Below are positions 32,939 to 41,890 of a stretch of DNA of 64,000 nucleotides, piece by piece; position 1 is the first letter of the stretch, and each line of letters opens with the position of its first letter. The notes below the pieces were generated by a model. That model ran no database searches. It had not been told where the DNA came from and saw only the letters and a list, made by a program, of their open reading frames with translations. Source of the DNA: Candidatus Bathyarchaeia archaeon. Lineage in GTDB: Archaea; Thermoproteota; Bathyarchaeia; Bathyarchaeales; Bathycorpusculaceae. Position numbers and translations under genes: made by a program. Where the stretch lies: contig JBEKSS010000009.1 in NCBI GenBank assembly GCA_049516875.1, positions 32,001 to 96,000 on the forward strand, given 5' to 3'.

Positions 32939-33847
32939 CTAGGTTATGGATGCGAGGTATTTTTCCACCATGTGGTGGGGGTGGTAGCTGAGCTTTGCTT
33001 TTCTTAGGCCTGGTACTCCGAGGTCTTGTTCGCGGTTGACGAACTTGAAGCTTCTGAGGGCGTTTTGGCAGAACCATTGGTTGATGAGTTGGTATAGGCC
33101 TGTGATTTCGGGGTTGACTTTCTCGAAGTGTATGACTGCTGTGTCGTTGTTGAGTGGTTCTGCAATTGTGAAGGCTTCGAGTTTGCCGTCGACGTAGGCG
33201 GCGCCGCCGGACACTGCTAGGAGTTCGTAGTTGTCGAAGATTGTTTTGATTGCCTTGTTTTCTGCTTCAAGGCTTGGGACGGAGTCGCATTTGCGGAGGT
33301 TGCACCATTCTGTTTGAAGCTGGAGGCAGTCGTTCACGACCGTGGCGTTGAGCTTCGCGTACTCGCACTTGTAGGTGGAAACGCAGCGGGTTATGAAGTT
33401 GCGTTTTGAATGGTACTTGTCGCCTGGAAGATCGGCGAGGTCGCTGGTTAGGTAGACGTAGTCCCAGTCGTCCCTGTCTGGCTCAACGCGAAATCTTTGG
33501 CTAAGCTGCTTTGCCTGTTCTGATTCCATGCTGTAGAAGAGCATCTTGGGGTGATTCTCGGCTGCCGCCTTTTTCATGCTTTCTAGCACTGCGGAGATTG
33601 GTTCTTTTGTTAGGGGTGGCAGAAGCACGTTTTTGCCGTCGCGTATTCTCTTGCGTTGCAGCAGCACTGTTTTGTCTAGGCGTGAGAGCTGGACTGGTCC
33701 GGCCTCGTTCCACACGAAGAGGTTTGTGAAGGTAAGCTCCGACATTTGCGGTTGCATCACTTTGAAGAGTGGGTCGAGAAGGGCTTTGTCCACTATGGTT
33801 AGGTTTCGGAACTTGGGGAATTCTGGAAGCACATCGTTTCCGTTCAA
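32939..33847 (-). CDS. DUF2156 / aminoacyl-phosphatidylglycerol synthase C-terminal-like protein
   Basis: SELTFTNLFVW, DYVYLTSDLADL.G.KY..KRN, IHFEK, VNREQDLGVPGLRKAKLSY.P. Confidence 0.88.
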   Translation of the reverse strand: MNGNDVLPEFPKFRNLTIVDKALLDPLFKVMQPQMSELTFTNLFVWNEAGPVQLSRLDKTVLLQRKRIRDGKNVLLPPLTKEPISAVLESMKKAAAENHPKMLFYSMESEQAKQLSQRFRVEPDRDDWDYVYLTSDLADLPGDKYHSKRNFITRCVSTYKCEYAKLNATVVNDCLQLQTEWCNLRKCDSVPSLEAENKAIKTIFDNYELLAVSGGAAYVDGKLEAFTIAEPLNNDTAVIHFEKVNPEITGLYQLINQWFCQNALRSFKFVNREQDLGVPGLRKAKLSYHPHHMVEKYLASIT

Positions 33848-33916
33848 GGTTCTATTTTCCTGGCAGTCTTGCTTTTCGGATCGAGAGGGTGAATCTCTGG
33901 GGACGTTGAAGGCAGG

Positions 33917-34234
33917 CTAGAGTTTCTGGGTCTGTCTGAAAAGGTTCTGTAGTACCTGTGCGGATGTGAAGAGGGCGCGGTTGCCTCCGACGTAGTATGA
34001 TACTCTTATAGTTTCGATGATTTCGTCTTTTGTGGCTCCGAGTTTGAGGGCTCTTCGACCTAGGGCCGTGGCGCCTTGTAATGCGCCGTGTTCCACGTCG
34101 ATGGCCAAGGCTATCAACACTTTGAACTTCTGGGGCAGGACCCCTTCGGAAAAGACAAGGTCCTGCAGCCTGTTGTAAGACTCGATAACTTTTGGATCAA
34201 ATTCACTGTAAACGTCCAAAGGGTTTGCGGACAC
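33917..34234 (-). CDS. Carboxymuconolactone decarboxylase-family protein lacking CxxC
   Basis: SEGVLPQKFKVLIALAID...ALKLGATKDEIIE. Confidence 0.8.
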   Translation of the reverse strand: MSANPLDVYSEFDPKVIESYNRLQDLVFSEGVLPQKFKVLIALAIDVEHGALQGATALGRRALKLGATKDEIIETIRVSYYVGGNRALFTSAQVLQNLFRQTQKL

Positions 34235-34474
34235 ATCATCACCTAGAAGCTCATAGTAAGCCCTTCTGGAAATAAAGCTTCGTCAATGGAAACTGTCAAC
34301 TTAATGGACATTGACTGATTTTGTTTGCAACGTCTTCTTGAAGCACGCGCGCTGCTTGTTTTTGAACATAAGACCCAGCGCGCGCTTGGAGGCAAGTGTG
34401 GCGGATTCATGGTTTTGATTAGTGTTAATAGTGGTCCTGCTTCTATCTTAAAGCTGTAGTTGGAGGTTCGATTG

Positions 34475-34738
34475 TTGCCTTACGTTAAGCCTGAGAACAG
34501 AGTGAAGTACGAGAAGGTTCTTGATGAACTCATAGGTACCCTGAAGTCTCTGCCCATGGAGGAGGTGGATGGAGAGCTAAACTATGTTGTGACGAAGATA
34601 CTCAGGGAAATCTATCCCCTTCGATACTTTCACATCAACAAAGCCGTAGGCGTCCTAGAATGCGTCAAGCTCGAATTCTACAGAAGAGTTGCAGCACCGT
34701 ACGAGGACGAAAAGATCAAAGAATCCGGCGATGTGTAA
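34475..34738 (+). CDS. Conserved small hypothetical protein (DUF6899-like)
   Basis: PYVK...GELNYVVT...GVLECVKLEFYRRVAAPYEDEKI..GDV; RBS GGAGG before TTG. Confidence 0.75.
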   Translation: MPYVKPENRVKYEKVLDELIGTLKSLPMEEVDGELNYVVTKILREIYPLRYFHINKAVGVLECVKLEFYRRVAAPYEDEKIKESGDV

Positions 34739-34782
34739 GACATCAATCAAACAGCCCATAGAAACCCCTGCTTTCACGTTTG

Positions 34783-35577
34783 TTATTGCCCCGTTCTTGC
34801 ATTCGCTTTTGTTCGACTTCTTTTTTTAGACTGGTTCTCCAAGACTTCTACTGCCTTTATGGCGATGCGCATCTCTTCCTTGATTGCCTCTTGAACGCGT
34901 TCACCCATCTCTCCGGTCTTTTCGCCAGGCTCAAATTCGCCCTTCCCCACACCCATTAAGGGTTTGCTATCAACCGCCAAGATGGCTCCAGCCCTCAACC
35001 TCTTAAGCTTTGCAAGCGTGAATATCACGGAGCACTCCATCTCAACAGATAAAACATCAAACCTGCTCCAGCGTTTCAGGCTGTCCATGCTACCATAGAA
35101 GGCGTCCGACGTTAAGACAGGACCGAAATGAAGGTTCCGCTTCGACTCTTGTGCTGCTTGAACCAGTGCTGTGGTCACGTTGAAATCTGCGACGGCAGGA
35201 TACTCAACTGGCACGTAGTTTCTTGAAGTTCCGTCGCCGCGTACAGCAGCAGACGCGATAACGATGTCGCCAACCTCTACATCGGGTTGCAGGCTGCCCG
35301 TCGTTCCAACCCGTATAAACGTTTCAGCCCCAATCCTCGCCAACTCCTCCACAACAATCGCCGCCGACGGACACCCGATTCCCGTTGAACAAGCAGAAAC
35401 TCCTATGCCATCAACGCTGCCCGTGTACGTCACAAGCCCCCGATAATCCCCAACCTTCACACTCTGATCAAAAAAACCCGCAACTCTCTCAACTCTCTTT
35501 GGATCTCCCGAAATCAAAACGTACTTAGCAACATCCCCCACCCCACACATGATGTGAGGCTGCAACCGCTTCCTCAT
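34783..35577 (-). CDS. Uridine/purine nucleoside phosphorylase
   Basis: QPHI, SGDPKRV, STGIGCPSAAI, IRVGTTG, VRGDGTS, SVEMECS. Confidence 0.92.
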   Translation of the reverse strand: MRKRLQPHIMCGVGDVAKYVLISGDPKRVERVAGFFDQSVKVGDYRGLVTYTGSVDGIGVSACSTGIGCPSAAIVVEELARIGAETFIRVGTTGSLQPDVEVGDIVIASAAVRGDGTSRNYVPVEYPAVADFNVTTALVQAAQESKRNLHFGPVLTSDAFYGSMDSLKRWSRFDVLSVEMECSVIFTLAKLKRLRAGAILAVDSKPLMGVGKGEFEPGEKTGEMGERVQEAIKEEMRIAIKAVEVLENQSKKRSRTKANARTGQ

Positions 35578-35778
35578 CAAAATCCCCAAACTCAATACGC
35601 AAGACCGCAAATTATGTTTTCTGATAGGGGGTTCTGTCAGCTGGGTCCCAAGCGAATAGGGTGTCATATAGATTAACCAAAGGGGCTCTTTCTTTTCTGA
35701 AAACCGATTCTATTAACTATTAAGGGCTTAGTGAAAGAAAAAGGGTTGAGTGTTAGCTGGCAAGGCTTCATGCTTGGT

Positions 35779-36103
35779 TTATGTGACAGAGTTCCATATG
35801 TTTATCGAGTCTGTTCCGGGCACTTCAAAAGTCGTAAACTCGGTAAATCGTCGTCATAAATTCCTTGTCTTGCATCACCCTGCTGAAACACTTTTCAACG
35901 TCCGCCAAGCTCTCAAACTCCCACATTTCAACGTACCCGCCCCAGTTGCCGCCCAGCATTTGAGCAAACATCTTGTACGATTTTACCTCTTTAAACAACT
36001 CCGGGCGCTTCTCTTTCCATGCAAAGAATTTCTTGACGAATGCTGGGAAATCTGCCTGCTTTTCTGGTTTTATCAAGTACGTTTCCACCATGAAAGTAGC
36101 CAT
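35779..36103 (-). CDS. Small dimeric alpha/beta-barrel (NIPSNAP-like) protein, frameshift near 35842
   Basis: GGYVEMWEFESLAD.E pattern; C-terminus EFTTFEVPGTDSINIWNSVT is in the adjacent frame; RBS GGAGG. Confidence 0.65.
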
Positions 36104-36305
36104 CCTCCCACCTCCTCTTCTTGTACGCTGAGCAATAATTCGAAGCAGTACTAATGGTTTAAGCCTCCATTGTCTATGTCCGAACAGCCAACCAGAATCC
36201 GACAGTGCGCGTCAATCATGCCACGCATTTCCCCATGAGACGTGCACTCAGATCTATCACGAGTGTAAGAATAGATTTGGAACAGAATAGGATCTAATTC
36301 TGAGC

Positions 36306-36515
36306 TAATTCTGAAAAACGCCTTTATAATTCGCAGGCCATGACGAGTTTGGAGGTTGAGAACAAATCGGCAACACCTATTCCTTCAAAAAGGGCTCGTA
36401 AAGGCCCAGAGAAGTCAAGCTTTTTTCGTCTCTCCTTTCTCCTCCTACTGCTCTGGGCCCTTGCGAGAACTCGAGAAGGAGTGGGTTATGCTGATGCATC
36501 GAGGTGGAGAAAATG
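36306..36515 (+). ncRNA. Putative structured leader RNA, copy 1 (promoter + hairpins + RBS)
   Basis: BRE/TATA GAAAAACGCCTTTATAAT. 17-bp stem 36395-36411/36451-36467. CU-rich loop TTTCTCCTCCT complementary to the downstream RBS AGGTGGAGAAA. Homologous to 38510-38720 on the minus strand, with a compensatory change. Confidence 0.65.
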
Positions 36516-36686
36516 AACACACAATTGCTGCTCGAAGAGAAACATGCCGTGCTGAAGAATGAACTCAGCGAGAACTTGCAGAAGAAACATTCTTTGGAAT
36601 TGAAAATCAACGAACAGTTCGAGCAACTGAAAAGAATAGAGATTTCACTGGAAAGACGCGCTCGTACAACAGCAGACGAGGAGTAG
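36513..36686 (+). CDS. 57-aa coiled-coil protein downstream of leader copy 1
   Basis: RBS GAGGTGG and ATG; Leu/Glu/Lys heptad pattern. Confidence 0.65.
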   Translation: MNTQLLLEEKHAVLKNELSENLQKKHSLELKINEQFEQLKRIEISLERRARTTADEE

Positions 36687-37030
36687 CAATCTTAGCACGC
36701 ATTCTTAATAGTTCCAACTCTAGTCTCACTCGTCAAATACCCAACGGCAAAGGCTGACACGTTGTACGTGCCCGTTTTCAGGCCTTCGGAAATACTTTAA
36801 TGTCCAGAGCTGTTCGTCAAAGCGCCTCTTGAGCCGTTGTCACCAGTAGCGGATACAATGGCGCCGGCGCGCGCTTTGCTTAAGCGTTGTTTGCTTGTTG
36901 ATGCTTTGATCTTTGCGATAACGGGCGCGCAAAACAAACAATCATAAATCAGTCCTTGAAGCTGCAATGTAGCGGTCATAAGCCTTTAATACAGAGATCC
37001 CAGAAAATGTTCTTCAGGAGGAAAAGCAAA

Positions 37031-38359
37031 TTGTCTAAGCGGTGGTTGCTAGCAGATGTCCTAATGTTTGCCATAGCTTTAAGCTTCGCAGCTCAAATAT
37101 GCATCTTCAATACCACAACGAAACAGAATGCCGTGGGAATCGTCTACGGCGCCAACGGTCCACTCGGAGGCGCGCGGGTGTATGCAGAAGGAGACAACGG
37201 CTCAGGATCCGCCATAACCGACAGTTCCGGACACTACACTCTGACTACGGGCCTGATGACTGGGACTTACAACTTGACAACCTTGGCCTACGGGTACATT
37301 GACAGCGAAGTAGACTCCGTAAGCGTAACAGTTGGCCAAACCACATCAGGCGTGAACTTTGACCTACAGCTTTCCGGCGCAATCTCAGGCATAGTCACTG
37401 ACGCAGTGAGCCAGAGCCCGATCAACGGCACTGTAATCTTCGCGAACCTTGCAAACGGTTCTGGAACCTTTGGATTTTTCGGCACCACAGGGACTGATGG
37501 GAAATACTTCATGGCGACAAACCTGCCAACCGGAACGTACAACGTCTCAATGGAAATCGCACCAGACGGATATTTCCGTCAAATGACGACGGCAAACGTC
37601 GTTGCGGGAGTTGAAACCAAGAATGTAAACCTTGCCCTAGCAAGATCGGGAATCCTCTCAGGAAAGGTAGCGGCACCAAACGGCACAGGCCTCTTCGACA
37701 TTGATGTCATAGCTTCTAATGGCACCACGTACTTTGGTACTGCCACAACGGATTCATCAGGCAACTACAGGATTGCCACAGGACTGGGAACAGGCACCTA
37801 CACCGTGGAAGCTTTCGGTGACGGAAACTTCACAACGTACACTGGCACTGTGGCGGTTACTGCTGGCCAAGAGACGAGCGGCATAAACATGGAATTAACC
37901 CCCATCACGACGCCTCCGACACCTTCGGGCACGATAACCGGACGCGTAACAGACCAGAGCAACAACCCTATTAGATTCGCGTCGGTCACGGCCAGTGGGA
38001 GCGGCGGCTTCGGTTCAGGCGATACCGACAGCAACGGCTACTACAACATCTCAAGCGGATTGGGAGACGGAAACGACTACAACGTCACTGCAACGGCATC
38101 AGGCTATTATGATGCATCTTATCCAACTCTCGTCAGTGTCACAGTCGGCCAGACAACACCCAACATCAACATCCAGATGACCGCGCAGCCAGCACAAACC
38201 TTCGGAACCATCACCGGCACCGTTACAGGAGCTTCAAACCCGATTCCAGAGTTTCAGTACCCATTGATGGCAATGCTCTCACTGACACTCGTAGCTGCGG
38301 TAGCAGGCAAACTGATGCTCAAAACGAAACGCCACAAGAACGCGGACAACGCACCATAA
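37031..38359 (+). CDS. Surface protein with four carboxypeptidase-regulatory-like beta-sandwich repeats and a PEF-CTERM sorting signal
   Basis: Signal peptide; repeats G.V.....TDSSG.Y....L.TGTY.V; C-terminal IPEF, TM and basic tail; RBS AGGAGG. Confidence 0.88.
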   Translation: MSKRWLLADVLMFAIALSFAAQICIFNTTTKQNAVGIVYGANGPLGGARVYAEGDNGSGSAITDSSGHYTLTTGLMTGTYNLTTLAYGYIDSEVDSVSVTVGQTTSGVNFDLQLSGAISGIVTDAVSQSPINGTVIFANLANGSGTFGFFGTTGTDGKYFMATNLPTGTYNVSMEIAPDGYFRQMTTANVVAGVETKNVNLALARSGILSGKVAAPNGTGLFDIDVIASNGTTYFGTATTDSSGNYRIATGLGTGTYTVEAFGDGNFTTYTGTVAVTAGQETSGINMELTPITTPPTPSGTITGRVTDQSNNPIRFASVTASGSGGFGSGDTDSNGYYNISSGLGDGNDYNVTATASGYYDASYPTLVSVTVGQTTPNINIQMTAQPAQTFGTITGTVTGASNPIPEFQYPLMAMLSLTLVAAVAGKLMLKTKRHKNADNAP

Positions 38360-38365
38360 AATCTC

Positions 38366-38377
38366 TCCTTTTTTTTG
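38366..38377 (+). terminator. Oligo-T archaeal terminator candidate
   Basis: Run of eight T about 10 nt after the stop of the PEF-CTERM gene. Confidence 0.5.
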
Positions 38378-38512
38378 TCAAAAACCCTTTCGCATCCAAT
38401 ATGCGACCCTCGTGCCCCTTGTTACAGCCCAAAAACAGTTCTCTTTCTCAAATTCTTGAAGAATACTTACATCAAACAATAAGTTTCTATCCGAACAGAA
38501 GCTGAACAGCAT
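38378..38512 (-). CDS. 44-aa small ORF downstream of leader copy 2
   Basis: Manual translation MLFSFCSDRNLLFDVSILQEFEKENCFWAVTRGTRVAYWMRKGF after AGGTGGAAAAAG, in the same position as the ORF after copy 1. Confidence 0.4.
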   Translation of the reverse strand: MLFSFCSDRNLLFDVSILQEFEKENCFWAVTRGTRVAYWMRKGF

Positions 38513-38720
38513 CTTTTTCCACCTAGAAAATTCAGTACAGACCCCCTTCAAGTTCTCGCAAGGGCCCGGAGCAGGGGCTTGGAGGAGAAAGGAGAGTGAA
38601 AAAGCTTTTCAACTTCTCCGGGCCTTCACGAGTCCATCTGGAGGGATGGGGCGTTGCTGATTCGTCTCAGCTTCCGATGTTCCCATTGCTCGTGAGCTAT
38701 TAAGGGGTTTTTCAGAATTA
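38510..38720 (-). ncRNA. Putative structured leader RNA, copy 2
   Basis: Minus strand has TAATTCTGAAAAACCCCTTAATAG promoter, GCTGA/TCAGC hairpin, 17-bp stem (38616-38632/38555-38571), CTCTCCTTTCTCCTCC loop, RBS and ATG. Confidence 0.65.
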
Positions 38721-38772
38721 AGTCCAAATCCTTTCCAAATCTTTTTTACTTCACTTGTGGTTGCAGGTGGCC

Positions 38773-39020
38773 TTACAAATGTTGAGTAAAAGTGGCTGGA
38801 AGGAGTCGGATCCATCCGTACAGCTTGTGCTCATCGTCTTCGGTCTCCAACAGTTCCATGATTTCAGGGCAGTGGTAGAGGAATTTTAACCCCTTGTCGG
38901 TTGTCTTGGACACAACTGTCTCGTCCAACGATGCCTGTCCAGCAGTTTGGTGTCAATCACAAGTTTGAGGTACCCGTTCAGCATAAGGTAACTCAGCCCT
39001 GCCTTCCACGTTATATTTAC
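38773..39020 (-). pseudogene. Degenerate winged-helix DNA-binding gene
   Basis: Fragments WKAGLSYLMLNGYLKLVIDTKLL and KTTDKGLKFL are in different frames and resemble small archaeal wHTH proteins. No clear start codon. Confidence 0.45.
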
Positions 39021-39146
39021 TCTTCAACGCGCCGTCACGCGCCATTTCGCGCGCGCTTACGATTTGAAGGCGAGAGATCATTAGCAGCGAAGAAACTTTA
39101 AGACCTGCGCGCCAACTCTTTTTCAGTGTTGGAGGAAATCTGACGC

Positions 39147-40040
39147 TTGAGCAAGCAGAAGAAACTCATCGATAGACCCGTTCCGAAACGCCCCCTGGGT
39201 TCAACAGGCGAAATGGTGTCTCTGCTGGCCGTCGGGGGCTATCACATAGGCTCACCCTCTGACCCTCGAGTCGGTGTTGAGATAATTCGGACGGCCATCG
39301 ATAACGGAGTCAATTTCTTCGACAACGCATGTTGTTACCACAACGGGAGAAGCGAAGAAATAATGGGACGAGCACTCAGAGAGGGCTACCGAGAAAAAGT
39401 GGTTTTGATGACGAAGAACCACGGCCGCGACTACGACACGTACAAGAAGCGACTGCAGCAGAGCCTAACCAGGCTCCAAACCGACTGCATAGACGTAGTT
39501 CAATTTCACGAAATAATCCAGGAAGGCATACCTGAAAAACTCTTTAAGGACGGAGCCATCGACGCGGCGGTAGAAGCCAGGAAGGAAGGGAAAATCCGTT
39601 TCATAGGCTTCACAGGCCACAAATGGCCAAGCCTATTCTTGGAAATGCTGCAAAAGAATTTCAAGTGGGACACGGTTCAACTGCCACTGAATGTCTTAGA
39701 CTATCATTATAGAAGCTTCACGAAAGAAATCCTGCCCATATTGCTTGAAAAGAAAATCGGAATGATAGGAATGAAAAGCATGGCCGGAGGAGACGCTCTG
39801 GAAATCGGCGGCTTAACACCACAGGAGTGCCTCCGATATTCCATGTCGCTACCAGTATCGACTGTAGTCGTCGGAATGGACTCCATGCAGCTTCTTAAGC
39901 AGAACCTTGAAACCGCTTCAAAATTCAAGATGATGTCCGACAGCGAAAAATCCGATTTTCGCCAGAAAACTCGGCCGCACGCAGAAAACGGTGAATATGA
40001 ACTTTACAAGACAAGCACAAGCTACGATAGCGGGCTCTGA
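39147..40040 (+). CDS. Aldo/keto reductase
   Basis: RPLGSTG, GVNFFDNA..Y, SEEIMG, MTK, SLTRLQTDCID, GKIRFIGFTGH. Confidence 0.92.
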   Translation: MSKQKKLIDRPVPKRPLGSTGEMVSLLAVGGYHIGSPSDPRVGVEIIRTAIDNGVNFFDNACCYHNGRSEEIMGRALREGYREKVVLMTKNHGRDYDTYKKRLQQSLTRLQTDCIDVVQFHEIIQEGIPEKLFKDGAIDAAVEARKEGKIRFIGFTGHKWPSLFLEMLQKNFKWDTVQLPLNVLDYHYRSFTKEILPILLEKKIGMIGMKSMAGGDALEIGGLTPQECLRYSMSLPVSTVVVGMDSMQLLKQNLETASKFKMMSDSEKSDFRQKTRPHAENGEYELYKTSTSYDSGL

Positions 40041-40075
40041 CCGACTACGCACGGCATACAGCGTTGTGGCAGGCT

Positions 40076-40666
40076 TTAGGGGTTTCGGTATTTCTCCTCA
40101 AGAATCTTGTTCAAGAACCTCTGAGCCTGCCTTGCCGAAAGCCTTGCATGTTCAAGATCATCTAGCTCTTTTCTCTTCTCCCATTTTGATCCCGCAGCGA
40201 TTGACCGAATAGTCTCCTTCGTTTCCCAAGGAAAAACTATCCAGCAAGACGTTTTCTTTTCACGGTAGTCAGGTTCGACAACGCTCCACGGCTTCGTGTA
40301 CATGGTCACAGTCCTCACTTCCCTTGCTCCTTCTCTGATGGTGTGCGCTTTTGCCAGTCTCAGGCTCTTCCCCGTGTCCACAACTTCATCAACGACGAGC
40401 ACTCTCTTACCCGAGACCGCCGTTGACAGTGGCTGCGTCAGCCTCGGTTGACGCTTCCTCTCGCCGACACCTGTGTAGAATTCGACTCCGATGTTTGCCA
40501 GCACAGGAGCACTTAACAGGTCACACAGCACGCGAGCAGGAACCCAGCCTCCCCTCGAAACACCGACTACCACATCCGGCACAAACCCGCTCCTAACAAT
40601 CTTTCTGGCCAGACTCAGAAGAACGTTATACATTTGGTTCCACGTTAAAACTTCAAACTCTGTCAC
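40076..40666 (-). CDS. Purine phosphoribosyltransferase-family protein
   Basis: GVSRGG, VLVVDEVVDTGKS PRPP-binding loop, WIVFPWE. Confidence 0.9.
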   Translation of the reverse strand: MTEFEVLTWNQMYNVLLSLARKIVRSGFVPDVVVGVSRGGWVPARVLCDLLSAPVLANIGVEFYTGVGERKRQPRLTQPLSTAVSGKRVLVVDEVVDTGKSLRLAKAHTIREGAREVRTVTMYTKPWSVVEPDYREKKTSCWIVFPWETKETIRSIAAGSKWEKRKELDDLEHARLSARQAQRFLNKILEEKYRNP

Positions 40667-40768
40667 TCGCGTCTTCGTACTCCAGCCACCGTTTTGATAG
40701 ATTCTGCTAGTCCACGAATTAATAATTATGCATGCATTGCGCTCACGGTTTGGTTCGCGTGCTTATTC

Positions 40769-41890
40769 CTAGTCTTCTTCCCATTTGGTTATCCATGAAC
40801 CTATAACAATGCATGCAACGCCCAGCACGGTGATAATAGCAGTGTTAATGATTGCAGTCTGCGACTGTCCGAAAATCATGGATGCTCTGAGTCCGTCACT
40901 CACGTAAGTGAGCGGAAGCACCCGCGCGATTGCCTGCGGGAATAGTGGCATCTGGCTCAACGGGAAGAACGTGCCTGACAGAAACATCATGGGGAAGGTT
41001 ATCACGTTCGCCGCCGCGTCCGCACCATCAGGGTCTTTCACGAACCTTGCGATGATCATTCCCAAACCCGTAAACATCAAAGAAGCCATCGCAACCATGA
41101 ACAACGAAATGGCATCCACAGTCATCTTCATACCGAACACCGCCACTCCCAAAATCAGCATAACGGACATACCCAGATAAGTTATCAGAACGTTGTACAC
41201 GGTTCTGGAAAGTATCCACTCATAACGCTTCAAGGGCGTGGTTGCCAGCTTGTGGAAGACACCGTTCTGCTTGAACTGAGCACTTATCGAAACCGAAGTG
41301 AAAATGCTCGTAGTCATGGCCGTCATTCCGATGACTCCTGGCAAAAAGAAGTCAATGTAACCATAACGCTGCGGCGCTATCGTCAAGTCCTGAACATTCA
41401 AGAAATTAACACCGTTTGAGAGGCCGAAGTTGATGTTTTCAACGATGCTCATCACGATGCTGCGCACTATCGGGCCCGAGGACGTGGATTGATCATATAT
41501 CAAAGTAACGTTGGCAGCAGTAGCGGTGCCGTTGGTGAAATAGGCCGATGTAGCATTAGTGCCGAACCCAAACGGGATTACGAGCAGACTGCTCAGCCTG
41601 TTCGTTATCGCGTAGTCTGTGGCATTAACTGAAGAGTCAATCATCTGTATGTTGAAAGGGGCGTCTGTAGCGTTCAGGTAACCTATCAGTCTATCAGACC
41701 AGTATGTTGCTTTTCCGCCGACTATGTCTTGATTCTGAACGTAAAGGTCGTACTTCGTTGAGGATTGGCTGAAGATAGCTCCGAACAGGAGTATGAGAAC
41801 GCACGGAAAGGCAATCGTCCAGAAAATGGTGCTTTTGTTGCGCAGGAAACTTCTGATGCTCGCTTTCAAATCAATTACGACGTGACTCAT
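40769..41890 (-). CDS. ABC-2 type exporter permease
   Basis: FWTIAFP, YIDFFLPG, KLATTP, FPMMFLSGTFFP. Overlaps the ATPase stop (ATGA). Confidence 0.92.
   Translation of the reverse strand: MSHVVIDLKASIRSFLRNKSTIFWTIAFPCVLILLFGAIFSQSSTKYDLYVQNQDIVGGKATYWSDRLIGYLNATDAPFNIQMIDSSVNATDYAITNRLSSLLVIPFGFGTNATSAYFTNGTATAANVTLIYDQSTSSGPIVRSIVMSIVENINFGLSNGVNFLNVQDLTIAPQRYGYIDFFLPGVIGMTAMTTSIFTSVSISAQFKQNGVFHKLATTPLKRYEWILSRTVYNVLITYLGMSVMLILGVAVFGMKMTVDAISLFMVAMASLMFTGLGMIIARFVKDPDGADAAANVITFPMMFLSGTFFPLSQMPLFPQAIARVLPLTYVSDGLRASMIFGQSQTAIINTAIITVLGVACIVIGSWITKWEED

Noticed and set aside
36306-38720. Composite transposon or MITE ends around the PEF-CTERM gene
   Set aside because: No transposase or target-site duplication was seen. 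The copies are diverged and carry promoter, RBS and covarying stems, which fits an RNA element better; not fully excluded.
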